Below, piece by piece: positions 1 to 15,475 of a DNA stretch of 64,000 bases; position 1 is the first letter of the stretch, and the number at the start of each line of letters is the position of its first letter. The DNA lies in assembly GCF_009914755.1 (NCBI RefSeq), contig NC_060926.1; one strand, 5' to 3'. Source of the DNA: the human T2T-CHM13v2.0 reference genome, Homo sapiens. Under the pieces are notes generated by a model. The model was not told where the DNA came from and did not search any database. It worked only from the letters and a program-made list of their open reading frames with translations. The position numbers were made by a program, and so were the translations under genes.

Positions 1-1967
<1,967 letters not shown>

Positions 1968-2186
1968 GGAGAAAACACAAATTGCTATTATCAGCAATGT
2001 AAGAGGGGACAAAATTACAGATTCTGTAGACATGAAAATGACAATAAGGGCATATATACTATGAACAGTTTTGTATTAATGAAGTTGACAAGTCAGATAA
2101 CATGGACATAGTTTTTGAAAAGCACAAGTTACCCAAACTGACACAACAAAAAAGAAAAATATATAAATAGCCTTATATCCATTAAA
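1968..2186 (+). mobile_element. Old L1M ORF2 fragment (apparent host of the young L1)
   Basis: Degenerate ORF2-like sequence such as AAGTTACCCAAACTGACACAA and AATAGCCTTATATCCATTAAA. Confidence 0.7.
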
Positions 2187-2210
2187 TGGTTTTATTTGTA
2201 AGAGTAGTAC

Positions 2211-2554
2211 TGAGACAGCCAGGTGGGAAGGGGTCCCATGAGAAACTCCAACCAGCCTGCACACTGGGAGGGATGTGCACTGGTGGGGAGCCTTGGGAAG
2301 TTCGCACTGTTTGCAGCAAGGAGGAGCCTGGCCCCTCCTCTTCCTGGGTGGAACGTGGAATTCAATCTGCGAGGCAGGAAGCACACCAGCAGCATTCTGG
2401 CTTTGTAGAGGGTCTCTGTTTCCCTTATCCCCCTGCCTTTTTGCCCAATAAATTCCATTTATTCTCACCCTTCAAATTGCATGCGAGGCTAATTTTTCAT
2501 GACTGTGTGACAAGGACCCATCTTTAGCTGAACTAAGGAGAGAGTCCTGCAACA
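2211..2554 (+). mobile_element. ERV1 solo LTR, MER61-like
   Basis: TGAGACAGCCAGGTGGG...GTCCTGCAACA termini, internal AATAAA, perfect 4-bp TSD GTAC (2207-2210 and 2555-2558). Confidence 0.9.
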
Positions 2555-3689
2555 GTACAAATTCAATATTTAATATCTCCTACAATACATGATTTTTTCT
2601 TGTAAATTATACTATATATAAAAAGGATTTTTTTCACCAAGCCTTATCTAAATATTCCAGAATACTCTGCTGTTTGTTGCAGTGTGCCGTGCAAATGTTA
2701 CACTTTTCTCCGTGAGCCATAGCATGAAAACACTGGGAGGCATTTCTCTACCTGGAGTTGAAGTGGAGATGAAGGGAATGGGGAGAAAGATAGGTTTGGG
2801 CAGCACAATGAACAAAGATGTGAAGAGATGTCTATGTCATGGGGTTGTTGCCAAGATTACAATGAAGAAATCATGCATCTAATGCTCTTGGCACAATGCC
2901 TGCTTCATAGCAGGTGCTCAATAAATATTATTCCCCCTCCTCTCTAGGGCACCATTATTTGAGGGAAGTGGGGGTTTTGTCTTTCTGTATAGAAATCTAT
3001 GTTGTTTCTTCCATGCTTTTATTTTCTATAAAGGACAGTTGGAATACTCAAGAGATCCAGTATTGGCTGCTCTTCAGAAATGAGCGAATTTATAAAAAAG
3101 AATATTCTGAGTCTTCATAGTGATGTCCTTAAACTGTATGCAAATAAGGAATTCAGCACTTATTAATTGATCTTTCTGCAATTATGTAATTTGTGAAAGA
3201 GGTGGTATTCCTACAAAACGAAATACTTTGTCATAATTCAGATGACAGTAGGGAGCTTTTCGGAGCTATAAAAGGACTTCCTTCTAGACAATAGCCAAAT
3301 AATTAAAATACTAATGTTAGAAATTCATTTGCTTTCTGAGATACCGCATGTTCAAGAAGATTAAATTTTTTCTTCCAAACAATCCTTAAGACTTTGCCTC
3401 TCAAAATAATTTAGGAAGAGTATGTCAATGTTTGATAAAAATGCCTGTCAAGGCAGTTTTAAGCCACTAAAACCTAAATAAAAGGTTATTTTTTAAACAG
3501 TACTACTGTTTTAGACTTGGGTAATTATCAACATAATTCCCTGGGTGTTATTTCATGCTTTGAATGGGAGGTCTGGAAAGCTAGGCTTCTTTTTTGGTCA
3601 TAATGTATTCTGTATTTCTCCAACATTCAACTTTTAAATTGTTTTTTAATGTTTGAAGACATTTATGGAGCATGACAATACATCATGTC

Positions 3690-3870
3690 AAACACATTCC
3701 CACATTTCATTTTCACAGCACTCCTAATCCCCATTTTACAGATGGTTGCATCATGGGGTAACAGCGTGGTTGGTTTATTTACACACAGGGCCCACACCTG
3801 ACAGAAAACTGAGCTGAGATTGCACACAGCAGTCTGCTGCAAAGCCACAACATGCCTGCCATTTAATTCC
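3690..3870 (-). mobile_element. MIR fragment
   Basis: CCCATTTTACAGATG core motif. Confidence 0.6.
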
Positions 3871-4312
3871 ATGATCAAGGGAAAGCAATCAACAGAGACC
3901 AATAGATTTTTGCATTTCAACCTTGGAGTTGAAGACATTTTGGCCATTCCTCCACTTAGTCCTGGGCAAAGCTCATCTCTATCCTAACCCGTAGCTTTAC
4001 ATTTAACCCTGATGTTGATTTTACAAAATGGAAAATGGAGATTTGGAAACAGCTTCCCACAGAGAACAACGTTATTGCCATTAAGACTACTTATCTATAC
4101 TTTTCCAATAGGTTAATATTTATCTGCAGTTATCTGTGACTTCATTATAGAAGCCTCTAGTATACACTTGAGTCATACCACTCCTTTGAGTGACCATATG
4201 TTGGGGACCAGACACTTTACATAGAGTTCTCTAATTATTACACTGACACTATAACATAGTTATCATTTTTCCATTTTACTAATGAGTTAACCAAGACTCA
4301 GAGAGGCTAAAT

Positions 4313-4636
4313 AATAATGAAAACAATAATAAGTTAACATTTAGTAAGCACTCACTAGGTAGCAAGCACTGTGCAAAGTACTGTGTATACAATAATGCAA
4401 ACAATGAGAAAAATTAACATTTAGTAAGCACCCACTAGGTAGCAAGTACTGTGCAAAGTACTGTGTATACAATAATGAAAACAATAATAAGAAAAGTTAA
4501 CATTTAGTAAGCACCTACTAGGTAGCAAGTACTGTGCAAAGTACTGTGTATACAATAATGAAAACAATAATAAGAAAAGTTAACATTTAGTAAGCACCCA
4601 CTAGGTAGCAAGTACTGTACAAAGTACTGTGTGTAC
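4313..4636. repeat. Minisatellite, 4 copies of a 78-83 bp unit
   Basis: Units start at 4313, 4391, 4471 and 4554, each AATAATG..TTAACATTTAGTAAGCAC..CTAGGTAGCAAG.ACTGT.CAAAGTACTGTGT. Confidence 0.95.
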
Positions 4637-4820
4637 ACTTTATAAACAATATCTCTCATTTCCTCTTTAGAACAACACCAGGAGATTGATGCTGTTATTA
4701 TCCCATCTCACAGACAGAAGTTAGAGAAGAAAAGAAACTTGCCCAAGGTCACATAGTTAGTGAGTACCAGAACAGGGACTTGGACACAGGTCAGATTGAC
4801 AGCAAAGTCCATGCTCCATC
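4554..4820 (-). mobile_element. MIR whose 3' end is amplified as the adjacent VNTR
   Basis: ATTATCCCATCTCACAGA and AACTTGCCCAAGGTCACATAG MIR motifs continue from the last repeat unit. Confidence 0.8.
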
Positions 4821-5009
4821 ATTCCACTTGACAGGCCATCTTCTCTAGAGTTTGGATTCCAACCGAAGTCTAACTACAAAGCATATACACACTCCACTGC
4901 CATGTTTCCTAGCAATAAATACCAATCGCAGGGAGTCACTCACACAGATGATTTGAACAGCTCAACTAATTCCATCTGCCTTGTCCTATAATAACCCCAT
5001 CTAGACAAC

Positions 5010-5240
5010 AACCTTGAGTATTGGGAGCATAAGCTTGTTTGTCAGACCCATTTCTACCCTGCCTCTTATGGGCTGGGTGACCTTGCAGATGGTACTCAAC
5101 TTGTTTGAGCCCTCATTCTGTGATTCCTTAAATGAGAAAATAATAATACTCACCTTGGAAGATAGTTGTAGGAATTAGATGAGAAAATATTGGGGAACTT
5201 GTGTGGCATTTTGGTAGGTGAATATACACAGCAGCTATTA
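5010..5240 (+). mobile_element. MIR fragment
   Basis: GGGTGACCTTG, AATAATAATACTCACCTT and GCAGCTATTATT MIR-like motifs. Confidence 0.6.
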
Positions 5241-5883
5241 TTCTAAGATATTACATATGCAATAAGGATTAGATATATCAAAAGGCATATTTAGGAGCAG
5301 AATACCACCCATGCTTTCAATCATGCTCGTGCCTTTACCTAGCTGCATGACCTGGGATAAATTACATGAGGTTTCTTGGGATTAGGTTATTTATTGATAA
5401 GATAAGAACTAGATTTTCCAGTTGCCTTCAAACACTAGTATTTGATAATGCTACCAATGTGTATGAAATTGCTTTGTAATGTGTGAATTACTATAAAATG
5501 TGCCCTATTATGATCACCAGGGCCACCTTTTTTATGATGGAGTTGGGAAAGAGAACAGTGGAAATGATACTTATTGAAGGGACTGCACTGACTCCTCTGT
5601 GTGTCTTATGCCATTTCTTCCTGGCATTCTCCCTAAGAGGTTGGTATTTTATGCATATTACAAAAGCTTTAAACAAATGTTATAAAAGAACCCAAGATTC
5701 AAAGACATAGAATGAATTATCTAAGTTCACCCTGCTAGACAAGAGAGGATAGCTCTCAAATTCACACCCATCTGTCAAAACTTCATGTACCACCCTGGAA
5801 GGGACCTCTGAAGACTTGCCAAACTCACCAGAAACTTGAGGAACCAAAAAAAATGGATCTCGAGGCCCAAACAGGTCCCTCAC

Positions 5884-5949
5884 CATGGGCGGGGATTTTC
5901 ATACCTTGCACCTTTCCATGTGTCCCGGCCATGGGGGCCGAAGGAACCA
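5884..5949 (-). other. Candidate small exon (66 nt, or 45 nt using the donor after 5905)
   Basis: Minus strand: ttcccatatcccttttctttccccag|TGGTTCC acceptor; donors AAG|GTATGA (after 5905) and ATG|GTGAGG (after 5884); non-repetitive, CpG-containing. Confidence 0.45.
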
Positions 5950-5996
5950 CTGGGGAAAGAAAAGGGATATGGGAATTGGGAATCTCCGCTACCCAC

Positions 5997-6026
5997 CTCA
6001 GGTAACCGAAAAGGCATCACCCCAAG
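5997..6026 (-). CDS. Candidate 30-nt exon (LGVMPFRLPE, phase 0-0)
   Basis: Minus strand: ctctcctttttctgtgggtgctcctgcttactgcag|CTTGGG...CCTGAG|gtgggt; only frame 0 is free of stops. Confidence 0.35.
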
Positions 6027-6090
6027 CTGCAGTAAGCAGGAGCACCCACAGAAAAAGGAGAGTGAAAATATTCTTTGAAAGAATTTGCTA

Positions 6091-6438
<348 letters not shown>

Positions 6439-6564
6439 TTAGGAAATTTTAAAAAATAATTTTCAATTTAGTATTGTACCAATTTTGAATTATATATGAA
6501 GGATATCATAATTTTAAAATTTGTGATTTAAAAATATGTGGGAGTGGGGGGGCACTGTAATCCT

Positions 6565-8090
6565 TTTTTTATAGACTTTATTTTTTAAAGCAGTTTTAGA
6601 TTCACAGCAAAATTGAGCAGAAGGTACAGAGAATTCCCCTATACTTCTTACCTCCACACATGCATAGCCTCCCCATTATCAACATCCCCCACCACAGTGG
6701 TGCATTTTTACAATTGCTGAACCTACTCTGAAACATTATCACCCGAAGTCCATGGTTTACATTATGATTCATTCTTGTGTTGTACATTCTATGGGTTTGG
6801 AGAAATCTGTAATGATACATATCCATAGTTATAGCATCATACAGAGTATTTTCACTGCCTAAAAATCCTCAGAGCTCCACCTGTTCATCCCCCCGTCAAC
6901 CCCTGACAACCACTGATCTTTTTCCTATCTGAATAGTTTTTCCTTTTCCAGGGTGTCATATACAGACGGTCCCCAACTTATGATGGTTTGGCTTACTGTT
7001 TTTCAACTTTAGCACTGTGCGAAAGTGATATGCATTCAGTAGAATCTGTACTTCAAATTGTCAATTCTGATCTTTTCCTGGGCTGGCAATACATGATAGG
7101 AGACTCTCTGTTGCTGCTCTTGCCATACTAGAAAACAGCAGTGAGCAGTAGCTCCCAGTCAGCCACGCCGCCATGAGGGTAAACAATTGATGCTCTAAAG
7201 TGTACTGTCTTGCCAGCGTTTTTTGGGTGTTGTGTCTGTGATTTCCCATCCCATCATGTCTAACAAAAACAGCCATCTTTGACTTAGGATATTTTCAATT
7301 TACAATGGGTTTATTGGGAAGTATCCTATAGTAAGTAGAGGAGCATCTGTAGTTGGTATCACACAGTATGTAGCCTTTTCAGATTGGCTTCTTTCACTTA
7401 GTAATATGCATTTAAATTTCCTCCATGTCTTTTCATGGCTTGACAGCTTATTTCTTTTTAGCACTGAATAGTTTTCTATTGTCTGGATGCACCAGAGTTT
7501 ATTTACCCATTCACCTGCCGAAGGACATCTTGGTTGCCTTTGAGTTTGGGCAACTATGAATAAAGCTGCTATAAACATCCATGTTCACGTTTTTGTGTGG
7601 ACATAAGTTTTCAACTCTTTTGTGTAAACACCAAGTAGCATGATTGCTGGATCATATGGTAAGAGCATGTTTAGTTTTGTAAGAAATTGCCAAACTGTCT
7701 TCCAAAGTGATGTACCATTTTGTATTTCCACCAGCGATGAATGAGAGTTCCTGTTGCTCCACATCCTTGTCAGCATTTGGTTTTATCAGCATTCTGGATT
7801 TTGGCCATTCTAATAGGTGCATAGTGATATCTCTTTGTCATTTTAATTTTCATTTCCATGATAACATAAAATGTAGACCATCTTTTCATAGGCTTATTCT
7901 CCAACTGAATATATCCTTTGGTAAGTTGTCTGTTAAGGTCTTTTACCTACTATTTAACCAAATTGTTTGTATTCTTATTGTTGAGTTTTAAGAGTTTTCT
8001 TGTATATTTTGTATAATTGTTATTTATCAGATATGTCTTTTGCAGATATTTTCTCCCAGTCTGTGGCTTGTCTTCTCATTCCCTTGACAC
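6565..8090 (-). mobile_element. L1MC/MD-type 3' end, interrupted by MER47B
   Basis: Antisense L1 3' UTR plus ORF2 C-terminal remnants (MFIAALFIVAQT, LPYDPAIMLLGVY in minus-strand ORFs). Confidence 0.9.
6963..7349 (-). mobile_element. MER47B-like TcMar-Tigger MITE
   Basis: TIRs CAGACGGTCCCCAACTTA...TAAGTAGAGGAGCATCTG, TA TSDs; host L1 rejoins as TGTCATA-TA-GTTGGTATC. Confidence 0.9.
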
Positions 8091-9358
8091 TGCAAACTTT
8101 TTAATTCTTAAAGCAGTGAAGGTCATAGCTCAGCCTAAACACTATCTCCACTATGCCTGAGGCTAGGAGACTACAAAGAAAATATCGCTAACATTGATGA
8201 CTCCCATTAATGTTCTCCAGGTATCAAATGTGTTACCAAAACAACTACCTGAAATTTAGATACTATGCCAATAGCTGCCCAGCAGTAATAATACACACAG
8301 TTAACCTTGACCATCTTATCTCAAATGTGCTTCTATAAGAGCTTTGGGAGCAACATGTGAGCAGACAGCTGACTCGAGTGAAGAATCTTGCTATGGAATT
8401 ACCATTACATTATATCAGGAGTTTAATCTGAGCCCTAGGCCAGACCCTAGGATTACAGGTTAGGAAACTCTGAAGATTAATTCTGTTTGGCAAATAAGCA
8501 TTCATATTCTTTCTTTATAATATTTATCAGGTGACCATCATGTATATGATACAATATGAGTTATGAAGACATATAAATTTCTCAAGCTAATTAAAATCTT
8601 GTAGGAACTATATGGCATGTGTATAATACAAATTGCCTCTCAGCTGAGACAGACAATAAATCTTGAGAATCATTGTGGTTTAATGTATCTTTAATATATT
8701 ATATTAAAGAGAGACCTTAAAGTTTATTGCATCTAATCATCCTCCCAAAACAAAGATCAGAAAAGCCCAGAATAGAATTCTGGTTCCAATTTATTTGTCT
8801 TTGTGATCTTAGACAAATTACTTGTCAGCCTTAGGACTTTGTCTTATAAAAAATAAGTACCTTAGACTTCTGGTTATTTGCTTATCTGGCTGATGGAACA
8901 CACATGTATGTCTCTACTTTCTCCTGAAACCTTTCTAAAATTATAGCAATTAATTTTTTGTCCATAAGAAACAAGAGAATTAGAGAGAGAAAAATCGTGG
9001 GTAAAAAATGCTATTAAGTAGAACGAAACTTCTTTCAGTGGCCAAGCTTGGAAACTAATTCACAGGCTGGAACCCTAAAGAGCCTCAAAATTGGGAGGAC
9101 ACGGCACTGCTAAAAATAGGGAAATAGAATGGGACAGAAAAGAGAAGCGTTGGTCAAGAAGGAGATAAACCCCAAGGTTTCCTCCTCAGCCACATGCAGT
9201 TAGACTGTGGCCTTCCTTTGCAATAGCAGAAGACAGGAAGAGAAATTGAATCAAGGGAGTCCAAACACCAGGAGTAGCAAAAGATGGGCTGCTGTCTTAA
9301 AAAGAAAGAAATTATGCAAAAGTCTGCTTTTTGGATGGTGAAGCCCCCTAAATCCCCT

Positions 9359-9862
9359 CGTAATGGGCAGAATAAGTGTTGCCCCCAAATGTTCACATTC
9401 TAATCCTCAGAACCTGTGAACACAGGGCTGCAAGTGTTTACATAGCAAAGAGGAATTAAGGGACCAGGTGGAATTGAGGTTGTTAATCCATTGACATTAT
9501 AATAGGAAGATTGTGCTATTTTGTCCAGTGAGCTCAATGTAATCACGAAGGCCCACAAAAGTTGAAGAGGGAGGCACAGTCGGTCAGAGAATGTGACCAC
9601 AGTGATGCAATGATGATGGCTTTCAAGATGGATGAAGGGGACTGTGAGTCAAGGAATGTGGTGGCCTCTACAAGCTAGAAAAGGCAAGGAAATGGATTCT
9701 GCCCTGGAGTATCCAGGAAAGAACACAACGGATATCTTGATTTTAGCCCAGGGCAACCCATGTGGGACTTCAACTCTCTAGAACCCTAAGATGATAAGTC
9801 TGCACTGTTTAAGCTGTCAAATTTGTAGTAATTGGTTACAGAAGTAACAGAAAACTAATACA
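9359..9862 (+). mobile_element. MLT1D-like MaLR solo LTR
   Basis: GGGCAGAATAA...CCCCAAA start, AAGCTAGAAAAGGCAAGGAAATGGATTCT core, ends AAAACTAATACA. Confidence 0.88.
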
Positions 9863-10449
9863 ACCCCTTACAAAGCAATAATGTACAGCAAGTATATCAT
9901 TCCAATGCATTGACTATATAGTTATTCATTTGCTATATATATTTTAAATATTGTCTAAAACATTTTTAAGGGGCTACTTCCTCATGAACCTCTATTGTAC
10001 ACTTAAAAAGTAACTTGTAAGGAATAAATGTAAGTGATGGCAATGTCGTCTTGCTTAGTTAATGGTAAAGTTAACATCCTGCCTTCATTTGATTGCTTTC
10101 TAAGACAGTGGCCACTTTGACAACAGAAGTACTCAACTGCATGCACACACATATGCTTCACATGTATGTGAACACGTATCACAAACACTTATTGCAGCAT
10201 ATCTGTGTTAACTCACTTCACTTATGTTAATAAAACATCTTGAAATACTCCTAAGGTCATTAGTTTCTGTGTAAGGTCAAAGTCCATGGCCAGCTTATTT
10301 ACTGTAGCTAGTTATAAAGGCAACAACTTAAATTTGAGCTATGAGATCTTTCAAAACAAGAAATACAATGTGTTTTATAAGAAATTCTATTTCTACTCTA
10401 ACCCATATTAGGAAACATTGATTATCTTAATTATTGCCACTCTTCAGGG

Positions 10450-10633
10450 AGTTGGAAACAGACTTAATATTATGCTTTCACTAAAGCGTAATTAAAGGAT
10501 TTTTTTCTCTAGCTGATATTATAAATACTAGCATTTGTTCTAGTTGGAAACAGACTTAATATTATGCTTTCACTAAAGCGTAATTAAAGGATTTTTTTCT
10601 CTAGCTGATATTATAAATACTAGCATTTGTTCT
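10450..10633. repeat. Perfect 92-bp tandem duplication
   Basis: 10450-10541 is identical base by base to 10542-10633. Confidence 0.97.
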
Positions 10634-11614
10634 AAGAATTACTTCTGAAAAGAAATTTTACAAATTGCAATAAAATTTTCTTTCTGTATAGATGTGAATG
10701 AATGATTTAACTTAATTTCATTTTTACTTGATTTCAAACCCTTCTTGCATGCTTTCATTAAATAACTAAATTTTATCCAAATGAGAACTAGTATCTCCAA
10801 TTCTATCTTTGCATCTCATGAACACGTGTTCTTTTGTTAGGTCAACTGAACCACCTGGTGCTGAATATTTAAACTGAAGAGAATCTCTGGCATCTGGCAT
10901 TCACTATCAGGCTGTCTGCATCTGGCTTAGCCATGATCTTTGTATATTTATGTTTAGTCTCTTCACTGACATTTTATAGAGATAAAAAATGTGGGACAAA
11001 CTAGAAAAAAAGGATGAACAAAGTAAAGCAACAATGATGTGATATGGCAGAATTTTTACAGTAGCTGGTGAAAAAATGCAGAATTAAATAGAAAGTTTTA
11101 GAAAGCATTTTAAAGCTCAAGAACATATATTTTAGAATTCAGTATGATACAAAATAATTCCTTATTTTATAAAGAATATCATAGGTCAGACTAGATATCA
11201 AATTCGGGTTATCTTTTCAAAGAAATTATTCATTCAGTCTGATGTTAAGCAAACCCTTGAGTGTTGGTTTTGGGGATTTTTATGGAGCAGATAATATTAG
11301 GGATTTTGGGGATGGTGATCAACAGTAAAATAGAAAATATTACTCCTGTTCTTACCCAGCTATGAAAGATAAAATAGTTGAACTCCACAGCTAGAGAATA
11401 TTAAGACAACAAAAGTTGGTTTTCCTGCTATATAGTAAACAAAAGGACATTATCAATTGTATCCAGAAAAATATATGGGAAGCAATTGGGTAAATGTAAC
11501 TGAAATAATCATAATGGAAATGAAAATGTGGTAGCTTGTATTATTTGAAAATCTGGAAGGGCCACCATATCCTATAGAATTGAGTCAAAATTGAGAATTA
11601 TTCATTAATTTAAA

Positions 11615-11860
11615 ATATCCATCAGTCAATGAATGGATAATGAAAATATGGCAAAAATACACAGTGGAATACTATTCAGCCATAAAAAAATGAAATCCTG
11701 TCATTTGCAGCAATATGGATGGAACTGGAGGTCATTATGTTAAATGAAGTAAGCCAGGCACAGAAAGACACATATGGCATGTTCTCATTCATATATGAGA
11801 GCTAAAAAAGTTGATCTCATGGAGGTAGAGAGTAGAATGATAGTTACCAGAGGCTGAAAA

Positions 11861-11905
<45 letters not shown>

Positions 11906-12210
11906 GGTGGGGTGTTGCTAGGGGATGAAAAGAGGTGGGTTGGTGAGAACTAACATACAGTTAAAGAAAAGGAATAAGTTCTAATATTTAATAGAGTAGG
12001 TAGATTATAGTTAACAACAATGTATTGTATATTTCAAAATAGCCAGAAGAGAGGATTTGAAATGTTTCCAACACACAGAAATGATAAGTCCTCGAGGTGA
12101 TGAATACCCTAAACCCTGATTTCATCATTACACATTCTATGCATGTAATAAAATATCACACCTACCCCATAAATATGCATAAAATTATGTATCAGTAAAA
12201 GAATTTAAAA
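11615..12210 (+). mobile_element. L1MA-type 3' end with an internal (TG)n at 11862-11904
   Basis: GGAATACTATTCAGCCATAAAAAA, GAACTGGAGGTCATTATGTTAA and L1MA 3' UTR motifs. Confidence 0.9.
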
Positions 12211-12230
12211 CTTAAAAGTAGCAAAAATGC

Positions 12231-12583
<353 letters not shown>

Positions 12584-13189
12584 TTAATTTTACGTTTAAA
12601 ATTACCAAAATATTGTTCTTATAAATATTTGATAACTATTATTAAATGTATAAGGTATATCTATTCATATGATTATTATGAAGATGTGTAAATTTACATA
12701 AAGCATATGTCAAGCACAGTGTTTCACACATAAAAAGCCTTTGATAAATGACAGCTATTAATAGCCATCTATTCATCAAACTCCCAAATAAATGTATATC
12801 TAAGTTCTGACCCAACCTTCCATTGACAGAGACCTTGATCCTTCACTAGGTCATCCATTCCTTTATTGGATAAGTCTAATACTTACAAAAACAATTGTTG
12901 TGTCCAGTCAAAATCTGCATTCCAACTTTTGACTATTGGTATCATTTTTGTCTGTTGGAGCAACATAGAACACCTACTTTGACTTATACATGGCAACCCT
13001 TTAAACATTTCTAAACAGCTACCTCCTCTTCCTCAGAGACTTCTGTCTCTTGACCATCATCTTCAGAAAGTTGAGCCTGGAAATGACCACACGGACCACA
13101 TTAGTGTGGCCAAGGCAAAGTTAAGACTTGGCCACTTGGAAATTTACTATTATGATTATCCCACCCTTATTCAGGGCACTGTAGCTGGA

Positions 13190-13683
13190 GCTTAAGTCAT
13201 GTACTTGGAACATTTTGCTTTGCAAATATGAGACACTTAGTTAGCTTGAGTTGAAAGGGAAGATATGAGGATCTATTAGGTTATTAGAATACAGTGATAC
13301 TCAAGGAAGAGAAATGCAACTGAGCCATAGGAACATGTAGACAGGAGTCTCTTTCCATCTCTCATGTCCACCCCTCTCTCCAAAGACTAGATTCCTCTGC
13401 CACCCCAGTGGTGGGGGACATGGCTGCCTATAAATCCAAAGCTTTACTTCTTAGAGTCCAGGCTTTCGAAGACAGTCCAGCTTACCATTCTTGGTTCTGA
13501 TTTTAAAATAAACAGAACAGATCCTTATTCTTAAGTTGAGTATCAGTTTCTGGACCTATCAACTGTGGCCAGGAACCAGGTCATGTTGTGACGTCAGTGC
13601 TTTTTTGCAACCATCTGGACAAGGGAAGGGGCAACTTCTAGAAAAGGTGAACTAAGCACACAGATCTGCAAGTGTTCACTACA
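13190..13683 (-). mobile_element. Old MLT1 (J/K/L-type) LTR
   Basis: Degenerate MaLR motifs (ACCTATCAACTGTGGCCAGG, terminal TTCACTACA). Confidence 0.55.
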
Positions 13684-14899
13684 GAATACATTGTTTTAGT
13701 TTTTAGTTTTTGACTAGCAGTTAATTGAACTTCAGTGTAATCTCATGTATTCTGTTCACACTTGTCTCAGTATCTCCCTGAACCTATGACATCATTTATA
13801 CCTAGTGAATTTTAGCACATCTTTGCAGCCTATTAAAATTTTGTGTCACAACTTCTCATCCAATATGCATTACTAATACCCTCTAATTGTCTGTCTGAAG
13901 TCTGGCTTTCACATCTTCATGAGTGGATGATAAAATGAAGACGATCACAGGCAGAACCTTATTGCAGTCCACCAGATACTTCTTTTAGGATTGACATGGA
14001 TCCATTATTAAACACCTGGGGGATACAATCATTCAATCAGCCGTGATGGCTTAGAAATGAGTCTTTCCAGAAGCGCATGGATCTAAGTGTCAGCAACACT
14101 GAGGTTAGAAAATTCATCATCTCCACATCCCATGGGCAGAACCTATTTGGGGAGTAGTGTTCCTGCAAGATCAAAAAAGACGAATTCTTAGAGAGCGACC
14201 TGTAACGCTATTTTTCCATTCAAACAGGAGGTAGTGCCTGAAATACTGTCACATTGTGTAGATCATTATCCCAACAAATTATTTTTCTTGTGAAAACAGA
14301 GCTTATAGAGAAGTTTCCCAAAAGCACCAGTCCGACAGCAAGGACAAAGGCTCAAAAGTCCCAAATGAAAGGAGTTGGGCAGGCACTCTCAGTACGATCT
14401 GCAGATGCTGGCCCCAGGATAGGCACTCATCTAAGCCATTTTCACCCTGTGCCTTCAGATACCTTTAGGACTCAAAAGCAGTCACACTTGGAACACTCTG
14501 ATTTTCCTGAATATTTTCTCAACTGGCTTAGCTGGTACCATCTCGTTTTCTAGGTACTTTTCAGTTTTTTAACTAGTGTGTCAAATTAAACCTCATTGTG
14601 TTACCAGGGGACTGAATGAACAATGCCATCCATAAACTGTTACGTTTCTAAAAAGTGCACAAATTTTGATGCTAACCAATCAGTTTATTCATTTATCTGG
14701 AGCATTTAATTTGTGTTGAGCATTGGGGATAAGTCAATTCACAAAACAGTCTCTGACTTCTTGGAACTTAAAAAACCCTGTACTTCAGCCAAACAAAGCT
14801 GCTCACTGACCAATGAGCCTTCCAACACTTTCTTGATCTCCTCCATTCCCCCCAAACTCAGAGTTCTTTCCACATCTTGGTCTCCTATTTAATCCCATC

Positions 14900-15475
14900 T
14901 CATTTCTCAAAGAAGTTAAAACAGAATTACCATTTGACCCAGCAAAACCATTATTGGGTATATATCCAAAAGAAAACAAGCCTTTCTACCAAAAAGACAC
15001 ATGCACTCACATGTTCATTGCAGCACTTTCACAATAGCAAACACATGGAATCAACCCATCAGTGGTGGACTGGGTAAAGAAAATGTGGTACATATACACT
15101 ACGGACTACTATGCAGCCATAAAAAGAATGAAATTATGTTCTTTGCAGCAACATGTATGTAGCTGGAGGCCATTATCCTAAGTGAATTAATGCAGAAACA
15201 GAAAACCAAGTACTGCACGTTCTCACTCATAAATGGGAGCTAAATATTGGGTACCCATGGATATAAAGATGGCAACAATAGAAACTGGGGACTCCTAGAG
15301 GAGGGAGAGAATAAGGGGGTCAAGGGTTGAAAAACTAATCATTGGGTACTATGCTCAGTACCTGGGTGATGGAATCATTTGTACCCCCAAACCTAAGCAT
15401 CATGTGATATACCAAGGTAACAAATCTGTGCATGTACTCCCTGAATAGGAAATAAAAGTTGAGAAAAAATTAATT
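14900..15475 (+). mobile_element. L1PA16/17-type 3' end
   Basis: CCATTTGACCCAGCA, GGTACTATGCTCAGTACCTGGGTGATGG, AATAAAAGTTG. Confidence 0.88.

Noticed and set aside
4313-4636. Regular 80-bp array as CRISPR or an RNA-gene cluster
   Set aside because: Whole units repeat without unique spacers and derive from a MIR end.
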